Shown here: piece after piece, positions 38,099 through 51,247 of the stretch | Layout of the letters: each line of letters begins with the position of its first letter | Position numbering within the stretch: position 1 is the first letter of the stretch | Source: Phoronis australis | Lineage: Eukaryota > Animalia > Phoronida | Reading direction: 5' to 3' | NCBI GenBank assembly: GCA_002633005.1 | Contig: NMRA01000657.1 | Coordinates: 142,715 to 206,714 of the forward strand | DNA length: 64,000 nt | Translations under genes and position numbers: made by a program | Notes under the pieces: generated by a model | What the model saw: only the letters and a program-made list of their open reading frames with translations | Told to the model about the DNA's origin: nothing | The model's database searches: none

Positions 38099-39058
38099 CA
38101 TGAAGAAAATAGGTCTGGTATGACGGCAGGTCTGTGGACTAAATGGGTAGTGATTGCCATGAATGTCATTTAGTAGTTCCTTGAAGTTATTTGGAGTAAA
38201 CTGAGTCCTGAAATTTGGCCTCTCTGCACTTTTCTCCTCGGATACCTAAGTGCCACCATTTTCAGAGCTCGTTCTTGATCATTCTTAGACTTTTGGCGCG
38301 AATCCAGGTACCCTTCAGACAATTGGATATTGCCGAAAATATGGTTCGGTAATGACATATTTCAGCCTAAATTTTTGGAATCTAGAGTGAAAAAGTACTC
38401 GGATTTTGGTCTCCTCTCTTGCATAGCTAGTAGCGAGTTTGTGATTTCAGGTACAAAAATCCAATATTGCACTTTTTGGTCATTTTTGGCAAATCAAAGC
38501 AAGGCAAAGGCTTCATTGAATTTCTTCATCTTTGAGAACTTCCATAGAGTGTGCTTTCTGTTAGTTACGCCTTTTTTCAGGTGTGCAAATGAGGGCTTTC
38601 ACTGAGCCAGACCAGTGATAACGTCAAAATCAGGCTCTCGAATTGTGGTCTTTGCCTATGATCAATTACGCTTTCTCACGAACTCCTAAATTAGCGCTAA
38701 TACTTTTGGAGTACAATGTCATTATAAATCTGTTTGGAAGATTGAATAGTTCGTAAATACTGGTCTTTGAAAATGCCAGACTTCTATCCTTTTGAGTTTG
38801 TGTTTCTTTGTTTTTGTTAGATAGTCTCAGGTTTTGGCATTTTCTTATGTTGGGTGGCTTTGCACGAAAATGTTTCGTGGTTTCCTAAGCCAGTTTGGAA
38901 ATTTCACCTATTTCCTTTCATTAATAGTTGAGAGTGCCGGATTTTAGGTAAAAGAAGTGTAATACGCCGGGACTCTTCCAAGAGGAGCCCTCATTGAGGG
39001 CCCCTCAGTATGCAACGCTATAGAGTTACAATCGATCTTATCAGTGGGTCTCCCTCCG

Positions 39059-39268
39059 CATGGGCGCACCCAGCCTCAGAAAATGGGGGCTCGAATTTTT
39101 GCTAAGATTCACTAAGTACGTTCACAGCTATGAATTGCGCATTCCCTGATTTTTGGTAGTTCCTGCCTTATAATGGAATTTTGTCTCGTTGTCTACTTTT
39201 TTCAGTTCGTAGCTTTTGTTTCTCTGAGACAGACCTTTTTGCCCACTTCGCCCCTGGGTGTGCGTTTG
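39059..39268 (+). mobile_element. hAT-like MITE family copy (CATGCGTGCACC ends)
   Basis: Shares gcacccagcct..gggggctcga..gacctttt..cccacttcgcc with 49283-49540, 52783-53011 (-) and partial 26175-26260. Confidence 0.6.
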
Positions 39269-40705
39269 CTCCGAGTACAGCGCCTAAAAATCAACGGATA
39301 TAATGAGGAACGTGCAAACGTGGCCACGGATGCCGTCATTGTTTCCTCTGGAATGAGGCCCCGAATTATAAAATAATATATTTACATGCAATTTTGGAAA
39401 CCGGAAATGAGCGGCACGTATTGCTATTCTCTGAAACTGCGTCAAACATGGGCTCCATTTATATAAAATAATAAATAATTTCAATAAAACGAAAAAGAGT
39501 GGTCACTTATCTCTTGTCAAGGAAGTGTTCATACAGAAAAGGAACGTTGCCATTCTCTAAAATTTGCCACATTGAATTTAAAGAATTAAATAAAGCTCTG
39601 CATAATCTGTGTACATCAAGTTTTCTTTTAGAAGGGTGGTAAAGTGTCTGAAACCATGTGACCCCGCACGCTGCAAGCTAGAAATCCGGGATGTCCTTAG
39701 TAAAAAAAATCCGTTCGGGAAACCGAATGGTAAATCCTGCACGCTGCCAAATACGTTTAAACGATACAACATGGGAATCCCGATGTTTTCACATGCTCTT
39801 AATAAAACTGCCGCGTGTGTTGCAAAAGGTAAGTCCGAGTTGCGCTGTAAATCACAATTATATTCAGCACGGCGTTGTGGAGGTTCATTTTAGCGTCTAT
39901 TTAGAAGTAAACTGTGTCTCTTCTTTCTCCGAAAGAGTTAAGTCACTTTAAATGACATTTTAGGAATCGTAATTCCTCGAAGCTTCAAGGGAAATCAAAA
40001 ACATGTTTCACCCATATATCCACACATTTATTGTAATAAGTCGACAGGCCAAATCTGCAATACCAGAGTAAAGCATTATTCTTCATTCTGAATATATAAT
40101 TTAACATTAACACCAATACTGAAACAAGAACGTCTACATGCCTAAGTTGCTGGACCAGAGTTTGGCGAATAAGCCAGTTACATTCCAAATGGAACTATTT
40201 TGTCAGTTTCTTATACATCGGAATGAATCTTGATCTTTCATCTGTGTACAAAAATCCTCGAAGTCATGTATCCTTGCACTCACTATTCATAGTAGCGGAA
40301 ATTTTAGTTGCTGTCCCCAAAAAACTTTGCAACATTACCAGTCGAATGCCAACGACCTCAGCGCCCAAATCTTTCTGTAGAATCTTGTCTAGTTTCAAAA
40401 ATTAAACACAATCACAAACGGAAAAATACAAGGAATCAGCAACTTTACAAACTTGAAACAAAATAGCGAACAGGACGCGTGAATGGGTTCAGGAAAATGT
40501 TGTAAGCTTGCCACACGGTGAGCTCATTTTCAAGCCATTTCGTTCAACCTAAGTTAACAACAAAAGTTGTAGTAACTTGTCTTACAACAAAACGGTTGTG
40601 AAGAAACAGCTTTGTGCGTCTCCCCATTTGTCGATAGGAGGCGCGCTCATCCCCCTGCAGCGCTTCGAGTATATTTATTTATCATATTGTACCCAGTAAA
40701 AGCAG

Positions 40706-40953
40706 GGGCCCGTTCCAACAAAACTGACTTAGCTAAAACAAATCTTAATTTTTAGTAAATTTTAAGATAAAACTTAAATTTGTCTCGAGACTGTTTTAAG
40801 CAAGAGATCCTAAGGTTGAATTAAGGTTTTGATAAAACTTCAATCTTAATTTTAACTATCTGACCGGATGTGGAATTTTCAAAGTATGGAAGTTAAGACA
40901 AATATTAGACTTAAGTCAAAAATTAACTTAAGTCAGTTTCTTGGAACGGGCCC
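40706..40953. mobile_element. PIF/Harbinger-type MITE, 248 bp
   Basis: TIR GGGCCCGTTCCAA.AAA.CTGACTTA, 3-bp TSD CAG on both sides. Confidence 0.82.
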
Positions 40954-41285
40954 CAGTACTTCACATGGACTTATGCGTGGATTACAAGCCATTGTTTTTA
41001 AACATTGATTCACAACAATATAACTTTAGGATACGTGGCTAAATATAAATCCAAACTAAGGCATTGGTCACCTTTGTTCGTAAAGAAATACCCCCCCCCC
41101 CCCCCCNCCCTCCTCTACGCACGTGACCAAAAGTCGTCAACACTTCGATTTTAGGGCTTCCGCAGACATATTCCTTCGGTTGTTGTGGTTGGAGACTGCT
41201 TCACGACACAGTACGTCCGCTAGTGATACACACATACATCACGGAATGTCATAAGTGCAATGAGTCTCTTTCTCAGACCGGAGAT

Positions 41286-42593
41286 TTAGTGTTCGAAAGC
41301 CTTATTATCTTCGCCGCGTAGAGATGTCTGGCTCTTCCCTTTGTGGCTCGACAATTCGTACAAGGTCGACTTACCAGTGTTCGAATTTGATTTCATTTGG
41401 ACATTTTGACGCGCCTTCGGTTCAAGCTCAGCAGGGCGCTTTTTGCAACAACGCAGAAAAACCCTCACAAATTCGGAGCGAAAGCGGTTTCCGGTCACGG
41501 CGTATAGAAAGATGTTGAAGCAATGGTTGTTGACAAATATCAAGTCCAAAATTTGATTGGCAAGAATGTATACCACATAATTGTCTGCCTTGCCAGTTTG
41601 GAGCTCTCTCTCGGGCTTTGTGATGTGTCGCCAAAGAAAAAGACAAGACGTCGGTGCTGTGCAAATCAAGAATGTGAAGGATACAACGAGGAGTGTAATG
41701 GTGATTTGTTTACTTAGAACGTTCGTGCCTCCGCGTCCAGGTGTCTTGCTGTTGGTAAGTTTTTGGTGTCGCTGCTTGGCGGACTGCATCAACGCTATTA
41801 TGCAGATGTTGACTACGAACAGTACTACGCATGGAATGAAAGAGAACAGACTGATATCCACCCATTGCCAGATCTCAAGCAAGTCATGATGTTGTGGATT
41901 AGCCAAGCAGTGTGGATAATTGTTCAAATCAGTAAACGTTATCGTCCAAAATACTGTAATATTTAAGCACGCAGATACCACGATAATTATGACACACACG
42001 GTGACGGCGCGGGAAACCGTGCACAGTTGACTTGCTTTAAACGGGATGGCAGTTGCTATGAGACGCTCGGTCGCTACGGCGACCACCACCCAAGAAGTCA
42101 CGTGATTGGAAACTGATTGGAGGTAAACTGCCATCTGGCAGTACCCTTGTGACAAATACTCTGGAGAATGAACATGTCCGATAACTGTAAGCAAGAGTCC
42201 AAACAAAGATATCTGGTCGAACACAGCCAGGAAAGCCAGATAAATATAAGATGAGAAACGCCGCATTGATTTCTGCATAAAGACGATTAACGCTACGGTG
42301 TTTCCGATTTGGCCGATTGCGAAGAACACTAATGGATAAGTTCTCCACAAACGAAGTGCTGTTCGATAGTTCGAGAATTGACTCAGGAACTCTCCTAAAG
42401 TCCGAGAAGGAACTTGTGGAAATCTCGTCGGTATCCCATAGGTGTCGTTAGAGGACACGCTATTATTCTCCGTCTCCCATATAGCTGAATTGTTTAACAT
42501 CTCCATGGTGACGTTTTCTGGATGCGAACTTCGTTGACCTTGAGCCCAAGCAAAGAGGGACAACGTTACGACCAAAGCGGCTGGTAGTTTCAT
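41286..42593 (-). CDS. Class A (rhodopsin-like) GPCR, FMRFamide/sex-peptide-receptor/GPR139-like invertebrate-expanded group, 435 aa, single coding exon
   Basis: Seven hydrophobic segments; GN in TM1, LAVFD in TM2, ERL (DRY-equivalent), FLICTAP in TM6, NHCFNIFLY in TM7, FR helix 8 followed by CC; N-terminal N-glycosylation sequons; acceptor ttag| 4 nt upstream of the ATG. Confidence 0.96.
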   Translation of the reverse strand: MKLPAALVVTLSLFAWAQGQRSSHPENVTMEMLNNSAIWETENNSVSSNDTYGIPTRFPQVPSRTLGEFLSQFSNYRTALRLWRTYPLVFFAIGQIGNTVALIVFMQKSMRRFSSYIYLAFLAVFDQISLFGLLLTVIGHVHSPEYLSQGYCQMAVYLQSVSNHVTSWVVVAVATERLIATAIPFKASQLCTVSRAVTVCVIIIVVSACLNITVFWTITFTDLNNYPHCLANPQHHDLLEIWQWVDISLFSFIPCVVLFVVNICIIALMQSAKQRHQKLTNSKTPGRGGTNVLSKQITITLLVVSFTFLICTAPTSCLFLWRHITKPERELQTGKADNYVVYILANQILDLIFVNNHCFNIFLYAVTGNRFRSEFVRVFLRCCKKRPAELEPKARQNVQMKSNSNTGKSTLYELSSHKGKSQTSLRGEDNKAFEH

Positions 42594-43799
42594 AATCCTA
42601 AATTAATGAAAATGAAGTTTGCAATGAGAACGACAGTGAATGGGGGCATTGCGAACGTTTACTCTGTGTTAGAATGAAATTAACTGTTTAGAGAACCTGC
42701 GAGCGACGTTAAGTGCTACTTATGAAATGTCGAACGACTTTAGTTAGGGTTTATATAAAACGGCGAGCAGCAAGCTAAATTAACATGCGGTGTGCTATTA
42801 TTTCAATGTCATTTCGTATACAATAACCACCAAAAGCCTTTGATGTTCCACTCTATTCTCAGGTTAGGGAGTGTTTATTTAATTGGATTGGAATCAAACT
42901 AGACGAAGTAATTCGTTGTTTTGCTGGCTTTAAGCAGTAGCAGAAGAGGAAGTGGTTCTAACGAAGATGCAATTACAGCTCATATCAACTAGTGTATTCC
43001 TATTTATTACAAATACGTTGATTTATTCGAATGTGTATAACAAAAGCAACAAGCGGGTGTTCTGTGATTGGAAGTAACCACCACACAAGAGTTACGCAAC
43101 GGGAAAACTTTCAGTGTTCGTGCATCCTCATATGCAGATTGGCACATAAATCTCTTCTGAATATAAGTTGGTTGAAAAATTGATGATTCCGGAGTTAAAA
43201 AGAGTTTGGAACGTTTCTGGTTCAACTTAATTTCAAATACATCACACGGTATTGTTTTTGATAATTCTTTCCTGGCAATGACGTTAAGAATACACAGTGA
43301 ACGTCAAAATGTTAACACAAAAACATAAAATGATACTCTTCAAACAATCCATCAGATATTTTTACCAAAATAAACAGATTTTGAAAATTTGACTTTTTTC
43401 AAAATTCAGCCTGAAACATGAAATATACGTGTGCATACAATCGTGAAAATAGCGACAAAGTCCATGAAGTCCTTCTGATGGAATGCGGATTAAAGACCAC
43501 AGAGACCTGCCTCCCGTTCAGTAACGCTAGGGCCTCACTAAACAGCAAGTCTTTGCGAGATTACCTGAGATATCGCCGTGTATTTTAAATGAGAACAAGT
43601 GACTTTGCTAAATTTTAGCTAGGTCGTAGTGTAGGTCCTAGCGTTTCTGAACGCACGCCCGAGTAGTTTCCACGTGGTTTTGATTTCATAAGTTCCGTCA
43701 TTCCATGTCCCATTCATCGTCTTCCCTGAAACTTCCATTTTTCCCTTCCCACAAGCAACAGTGATCATGAGATCAGTCACTGAGTTTGATAGGATAGGG

Positions 43800-44460
43800 A
43801 CAAATCAAAGCATTGGATCGGACACTCTTTCGCCTATCATCCACCGACTCCTTTGTCATGAGGTTTTAGTTTTGCGAGTATGCCAGGCTTTGTCAGCGGT
43901 TCACCAGCGAGGCTATAAAAGGCAAGGTAGTGACCATTTCCTTGAGCAGGGTGACTTTTGTGCAGGTAGGTATGGGGAGAATAGATTAAAGTCAATATTA
44001 GAGTTATGTGTGAGATCCCCTGGCATATCGCGCAACATTTGTGCACGAGTAACGTCTGACGAACAACTCTGATCATACATAAAGTAGGTGAACTCTCTCA
44101 AATCTTTTTTTGCTCGAAAAGTTGCATCCCTGTCGACACCAATAGCCTGACTGCGGTGTGAAGCTTTTTACAGGCCTCTCCCTCGCTTTTCATTTAAATG
44201 CACTGTTGCAAACATCTCCACAGAACAACTAAAACCCAGCTGGTAGCAAGGCGTCATAGTTGGCATCGCCCATGACTTCTTCTTTCGAGTTGTCGTCGAT
44301 GTCAACTGGTTCATGTATTTAGACGCTCTACCGACAAAATCGCTGCATGATAAAGATATCATTTCTTTGTTGGGGGTTTGACGAAAATTTTTACACAAGT
44401 GTACGATGGCATAGAAGTTAAAAAACAAGTCTTGCGTCAATTGAACATTGCAGTTGTTGT
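43800..44460 (-). pseudogene. Decayed transposase fragment, Academ-like (XPG/H3TH-like region)
   Basis: Frameshifted motifs DALL..GF..FCGDVCNSAFK*K and LREFTYFMYDQSCSSDVTRAQMLRDMPGDLTHNSNIDF...KPHD; family recognised from memory. Confidence 0.5.
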
Positions 44461-44603
44461 AGATTACTAGGAGTCAACGGTTACGAATCGGGGCCTGGAG
44501 ACTAAGATTTGAGATTTCCCCTGCTTAGCCACACTGCATGCTATCCATCAACAATGATTCAGTCAGTACTTTTTTGTAGTCTCTTACAATATAAATAAGT
44601 TAA

Positions 44604-46284
44604 AGGAGAATGCCACCCGATTTAATTAGTCTTTTTTGCCGTCTTAATCGGTCTATATCCACATCGCCTCACACATGGTCGAGACCTTACCTTGCCAAGA
44701 GTTGTCGCGTTAACCTGTGAGGAAGGTGAGAAACGACGCTGGCGACGTCAGTAGTTCATATGCAGAGTGAATGCCGCTATGTTGCAGCGCATCGTTCCCG
44801 CTTGTCCGAACTAAGCAGCTGCGAGGAAAGCGGGTAGATCGTTTTTTTTTACTTCCTATAGAGTCCGAAATGCTTAGGAAGTGGTTCATGGTAGTGAGTG
44901 AAGAATGAAATGTACGCTGTAAATAGCAAGTACGAGACCGTGAAATATCTCGACTCCTTTTCTGTGGCCTGCAGACGTCAACAGTAGGAATCAGGTGCCG
45001 GCTTACCAAATAACCATACCTTCCGTTGTCTGGACTTGTTCACAGCGCCTCTCTAGTACTTTTTCATCACTGTATTCCTGTTCGAATTGATAAAAACTTA
45101 ACGATCTTCCTGCGAAGTCGGGACTGATGAGCTATAGCTCGTCCTAAGTCGGGATTGGGAGTTGCCATGTTGGCGTTTATTACTGAGCGTTCTGTTTCAA
45201 AATGAATTATTCTCAGCCTAACCAACTGAAACTAAAAGTCTGTCTCATTAGATGCAATTTGTAATACCTTTGGAGTGTTTTTGAGTGCAAATGATTTGAG
45301 AAGCCAGCAATGAATAAATCACTGCGTTACCGGCTTTAGGTGTTATAAAACTAATTGACGGGACACCGAGGCCGTGTGAGCTCATGCTAATTTAGTGTTT
45401 GCTGGCAGAAACTGCTGTGAAGCAACTTGAGGTCCATCCCACGGTCAGGTGTTAGGGGAATCTTTATTTACATTTACGGTACATTAATCAAATAATGATT
45501 GTCAATGTACAACTTCTGCCCTGACGGTGTTGTGGCCAAAGCGGAAGCCGAGTGAATTCGCGGCACCCGACGAGTAAGTAGATTTGCAGTTTCGTGGCTA
45601 ATTCACTAACATAATCACGTGCATATTACTTTGGCTCACTAATATAGTATTTTCTTGACTGGAAGTTTAGGTTCCACTGAACTTTGGCTGTTTTATGTTC
45701 GTGATGTCTGATCAGGTTCCGGGATCGACAACTGACGAGTTAATCCCGGCCGGCCGGCCGCAACGGACCTGCATTATCGGGCTCCCAGCCACTGGCCAGG
45801 ATAACAAGCGTTTTGTGTTTAGAACTCAAAAAATCGCAAGTCTAAACAACACAGATCTAGGTTCTTCTGTCTGTATCTCACGGAAAATACTTCGAAATTA
45901 TCTCCGAACAGACCCCAAACTCCTGCAACGGCGGACCTTATAGGCCTGCCGAACTTTGTAGGCTACGGTGTGTCCAAATACCAATAAATCCGTAAGAGCG
46001 AAATAAAACAGCACGTTTTTATAAGAACTCTGTGTATTTTTAAGGATTTAACTTTGAAGTTTGATGATTTATTGGTGTTAAACGATGACTTCAAGCCGAC
46101 ACCAGTAACCTGTGTTGTGAACTGCTGAACAGACTTCGTGTGAAACCGATGACGTCATTGGATAATTTCAACACCTCCGTCTGCCGTCAGGTGTTAGGTA
46201 ACGCAACCGTACGTGTCGTTATGGAGTAGAACTACTCGATCTAAATTGATACAAATTAGGTTGTTTTTTGGGTGGCATGCTCCT
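44604..46284 (-). mobile_element. Kolobok-type DNA transposon, copy 2 (opposite orientation, different internal deletion)
   Basis: TTAA TSD on both sides, TIR AGGAGAATGCCACCC; colinear reverse homology with 3806-5713; THAP remnant and YQFEQEYSDE remnant. Confidence 0.82.
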
Positions 46285-48579
46285 TTAATTACTTAAAAAC
46301 GACTCCATTGTAATGCGTGATCCTTAAAATGTAAGTATAGAAGCTCAATTTTATAGAATAGTCAGTGAGACATTGCAGAATAACGAAGATTCTGTACGGA
46401 ATGCACTGATTTGTAAAAAAACATAGATGAGACATTTTTTCTTCTTATGAACATAAATGTTTTCAAATATTTTTTTACAACACGAGGGCCATTTCCGACT
46501 AGACTGGTGGTTGTATGATCATTTGCCGCACAATATAATAATAATAAATGTGAGTAGAATTGTTATACCCAATTTAATATTGTATCCAAATTGCTTAATC
46601 GGATGTGTCCAATAACGTGCAAAAAATTATTTATGAATGCAAAATTCTTACAAAAACATTGGCGACATGTTGCCGACAACGCCCAGTTTCATCGCAATTA
46701 CAGTCACAATAGTGACGGAAATCGGAATTACAGGTTTGAAACATCAAAGTATTGGCTGAATAGTTTATTAGAATCCCGACGTTCGTTTTTGCAGACAACT
46801 ATGATTGAACGTTAATTGATTCTTTCTTTTTTTGAAAATTCCTGTAATCTAATGTAATTGGCTGATGAGGAAATGGAACCCCTAAAATTCAACTTGGGTT
46901 TCACGTAACATTCATAATTTTAGTTTGCAGTGAAGGAGGCTCCGTGCCTTTGAAACGTTTTTGGAGAAACTGATATTTTCGGTTGAACTAAAAATGATTC
47001 AGCGTTGAAATTCTGACACCCAGTTTTTGAAGCAAGGTTATTTAACTCTAATGAGTCAACGTATTCTTTCAATGGAATACGGTCTTCAAATCATAGTTTT
47101 TGTTGTTTTTAGAGAGCTTATTAAATACGGCGGTAATGGCGTTATAGTCATGCAATTGCAATGCTATTACAACTGAGCACAAAGTAATTAATAAGGCGAC
47201 ACCATTTCACGCTCAAGGATGCGCGAAACTGGAACGCTGACTACAAAAGTCATTTTAAGGTTATGTAGTTCCGTCAACCTTGAATTATCTACTAAGTCAC
47301 AGAATCTAGCTCAGTAAATGTGCATATTTACTGAAAGTGTGGAATTAGATTTTAACTTAATGCGAATCCGTAACCACTTTGGTTACGTGGTCATGTCTTT
47401 TTACTTAAGTGCAACAAAAAGATACATTCGTTCGTAGTTGAAACAGCGATCTCAACAACATTGCCTAATTTTGATAGAAATAGATGTCCAAAAACTTTCA
47501 AATTTCTAAATGCTCATTTCGTTTTCATTTTATGCAATTTCTGTGTTGAATTTTACACAAAAATCATAAAAGTCCCATTTTGATAGTCCTTTATGCAAAA
47601 ACCGGGAATTTAATTTTAAAATAAATTTTTACAGGGTTTGGATAGTAGTCCGTAATGGATATACTATATGAAAATTTCGTATGAATACGTTCAGCCATTC
47701 CTGAGATGAAATGTTCCGAAGTTAGCAAAATGGATTTTTTCTAGAGTCCTAGGCCCAAGATTTAGTTCCGTCTTTTCAATCGTTAGATGGCCTACTTAGA
47801 TCACAGGTGACAATTCGAATCCAGGAAATGATGCGTTACAAAGGTGAATTAATTACAATAGTCATTAGGTATAGAATTGATTCCTGTGTCAGTAAGTCTC
47901 AACAAGCAATATACTACAATGCATATTGTGAATACCATGACATTTCATCATTTTGCCTATACAAAAGTCAATTTCTTACTGGATGAAAACATTGGCTCAT
48001 TCGAGGAACAGTTGTCGTACTTAGGAGATAACAGCCTCTGGGTTTTCAAAGTGATATAAGTGGTTAGAATTCATGTTAATTGTGTAGTGTTCGCAACTCA
48101 GTTCTTCGAACTCTGCTTGAAAACAATGTACGGAGTGTACCTAAAAGTTTATGTTCTTTACACGCATCACCTTCGCTTACTCTACTTCTTAAAACTTTAC
48201 TCCAAAATCGTCGTTTTTATATAAATATTTTACTGGCATAAGTAGAATTACAAATAGTATGATTAATGAATACGCATTCACCTACAAACACACACAAACA
48301 CGCGTGTCAAACAGTTTTTTATATCAACGTGTCTTTCTTATCATTTTCTTAATTTTACTGCAAAGACATGGTAACGTGACCCAATTAAGGGTGATTTGTA
48401 AAAATCTAAATCAAATTCTACAAGTTCTCTTCTTTCATAAAATATGTACTTATACTGAGTAACAATCTATAGTTGTGTAGCTTTTAGCTAAATACACACG
48501 TTAAATCTTAAACTTATTTATTCGTGTATTTGTATATTGGTTAAATACATGACACTTGTCGTTGTTAACTATCTTTTTT

Positions 48580-48890
48580 ACTAAAGCGAAAGTCCGCCCC
48601 GTTGCTCAGTGTAGTGTTGTTTATGTATGCCCTATGAACGAATTCCTTTGTTCAAATGTCAAGCAATGTTACATTGGTCAAACGGTTTGCTGTCTTTCCC
48701 GTCGGTTATCTGTGCATCTTCAAAATGGCGCCATCCAACTACATTTTCTGCAGTGTCATGAACGTAAAATTACCCGTCAAGAAATTGTGGAAAACATGTC
48801 AATTCGATACGTAAAGCACGATGTGCTCCTGTAAGTTTTGGAGTCCCTTTTGTTTACATTCGACAAGGCCTATTTGAATGCGCAAACAGT
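48580..48890 (+). mobile_element. Penelope-like retroelement fragment (GIY-YIG endonuclease)
   Basis: VVYVCP..C....CYIGQT..LSRRLSVHLQNGAIQLHF...H...EIVEN..I......L*VLESLL...K..LNAQ. Confidence 0.75.
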
Positions 48891-49282
48891 TGTCTGCATG
48901 ACATTCCATCGGAGTATTTCACACATGTTGTGTCCCACTGTGTATGTTACTAGCTTTTGCTCCGACAATGAAGGTATTTCTGCGTCATTTTATTTCCACT
49001 TGTGAATGAACCAAGTATGTTTAGAAATATCGTGTGTCTTTTAATCACGTCTCTTGGTCACTTACTTTGCCAATGTTCTGTTGAGTGTCGAACTTTGTTC
49101 CGAGGATATGAACGGAATGGAATAAAGACAGTTAACAACGACAGGTGTCGTGCAGTGACCAATTTTGCATAAAGGAAAACGCGCTACCCAAGTACAAGTT
49201 CAAGTATTTGTATATAGAACATTTTTAAGTGCTCTTAGTAAATAATTTTGTTGAAGCTGCTTTTCGCCTGTTTAGTTAACCA

Positions 49283-49540
49283 CATGCGTGCACCCAGCCT
49301 TTTAATAAGGGGGGCTCGATTTTTTGTCAAAGTGGACCTTTTGCTCACAGAAAAGCGGGAGGAGTAAAAAAAATAGAAAAAACGGGGTACCACCTTCAGG
49401 TCTGAGAACTGTGCGTCTGCGCCTTTTTAGTGGACTTTTGTCTCGTTTTCTTGGACTGTTTGTACCTCTGAGGCGGACCTTTTATACCCACTTCGCCAAA
49501 TGGGGCCCCCCGAACGCCCCCCCCCCCTGGTGCGCGTATG
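49283..49540 (+). mobile_element. hAT-like MITE, most complete copy
   Basis: TIR CATGCGTGCACC / GGTGCGCGTATG; degenerate 8-bp flanks gttaacca / gctagcta. Confidence 0.7.
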
Positions 49541-50432
49541 GCTAGCTAAGAACGAAAACTGAATTAGGTCTTTTACTATCATACAATCGTAATATAATAT
49601 TTCTTACCCCGTAATAGGGTTCAATTTTTGTTACCAACAAGAATCGGAATCTCCAATTGCTCAAGGAAGCGCTTCAGATTTGATTGGCGTTGGACAACCC
49701 TAAAGTTGTCAGTTGGACGCGTGTACACAATCCCCGTGACTTGAGTTGTTAACGGAAATAGAATCCAGTCACGGTAAGGAATATTATGAGATCAACTTTG
49801 TAAAAGTAAATGGCCTAATTCGATTTACGTTTACAAAGCTTGATTTTACCAATTGAGCGCACTTGGAAATCAATGGATTCACTGAGGTGGTCACAAAGAC
49901 CTTTAACAAGTTGAAAAAAATAAATTGGTATCACGGTAATACAAAGGTGTCCGAGCACAGGGTTCCGGATTTATAGACCCGACCCCTTTGGGATACAAGC
50001 CTGTGTAGCCAAGAGGTTGGTTCTCGTATTGGTGCCTTTGGTTTGGTACGTAAATGTTCGAGTTCTGTTGCGGTATGCAGGTCATTTGTTCGTATTCATG
50101 AGGTTGAATCAGTTCGCACGTACGTGAGGATGATTTTAGACCCGTCATGTGTCTGGTTCTCTTGATAACATTTCAGTAATTCCTCCACATCTAGCGACCT
50201 AGCAGTTTCAGATCATCTGCGGATACATCTACTGGCAACCGGATAAACAGGGCCTATTTCGGTAGAAGAATAACCAAGGAGAACACACTTTCGTATTTAA
50301 GCCGTAACAAAATTGTAATAGTATGCAGCTGGAAACATTCTACGATTTTGTGAACACGGCAAGTGGTAGAAACATCTCTCGTCAAATATTTCACAATAGA
50401 AGACACTTTTGTGTCTTCTCGATTTAGGGTTG

Positions 50433-51247
50433 TGTACGAGCCTAGAAAATGTCCAAATTTCATAACACCATATCTGTGAAACGACCGATCAGATTCACAC
50501 GAAACTTTCAGATACTATGCTTTATGCTCTGTCCTCCAGGAAGCCTTAGAAACTGTTTTTGAACTATTCTACTTTCACATGAGGGTTACCAAACTTTAGA
50601 CTTTATGATTATCACGAAAACAATATTTCAGAGACCTGTAGAAGCGATTTTGAGATAACGTCTTGAAGATTTGTGTCAAGTAAAATTTTATCATGTTATT
50701 GACACTATTATTTTACTAACAACTTACAGTTCTTCATATTTTTTACTTTGAGTAAAATATAATTTTACTGAGCTAAGGGCCTTATCTAAAAAACTATAGA
50801 ATTTAGCTTAGCAAAGGTATGGGATTTCTGAAAGTAGAAATTTAGTAGAATTTGATTCTTTACCCTATAAAAATCTGCCACAATGTAGGTCACGTGACGT
50901 TGATTTTTAGGAAAATTCAGCAGAAAAGAAAACTACATTCAAAGCAAAACAACAAGATCAAAAGCAACACCAAAATTCCTATGTTATAGATGTTGAAGAT
51001 GAAATCTCAAAAACGCTGTTACATTTTCCTAAATTATCGTTTCGTGTTCGTTTTATGCATAAAAATAATACAAGTCCTTTTTTGATACCTCTTCGGGGAA
51101 AACTGGAACATTTTAAAACAACTCTTAACAGCGTTTTGTAGAACAGTTAAAAAAGCATAGTAGCAGAGTTTCATGTGAATCGGCCATTTCTGAGATAGAA
51201 TATTCCGAAGTTAGCTACAATCGCACATTTTTATAGGGTTCTACGTA
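50433..51247. mobile_element. ~810-bp MITE with long imperfect TIRs
   Basis: Left gattcacacgaaactttcagatactatgcttta mirrored by aaaagcatagtagcagagtttcatgtgaatc; relatives at 12664 and 47480-47755. Confidence 0.6.

Noticed and set aside
41324-42348. Several short ORFs overlapping the GPCR
   Set aside because: Alternative-frame or antisense shadows with no recognisable motifs
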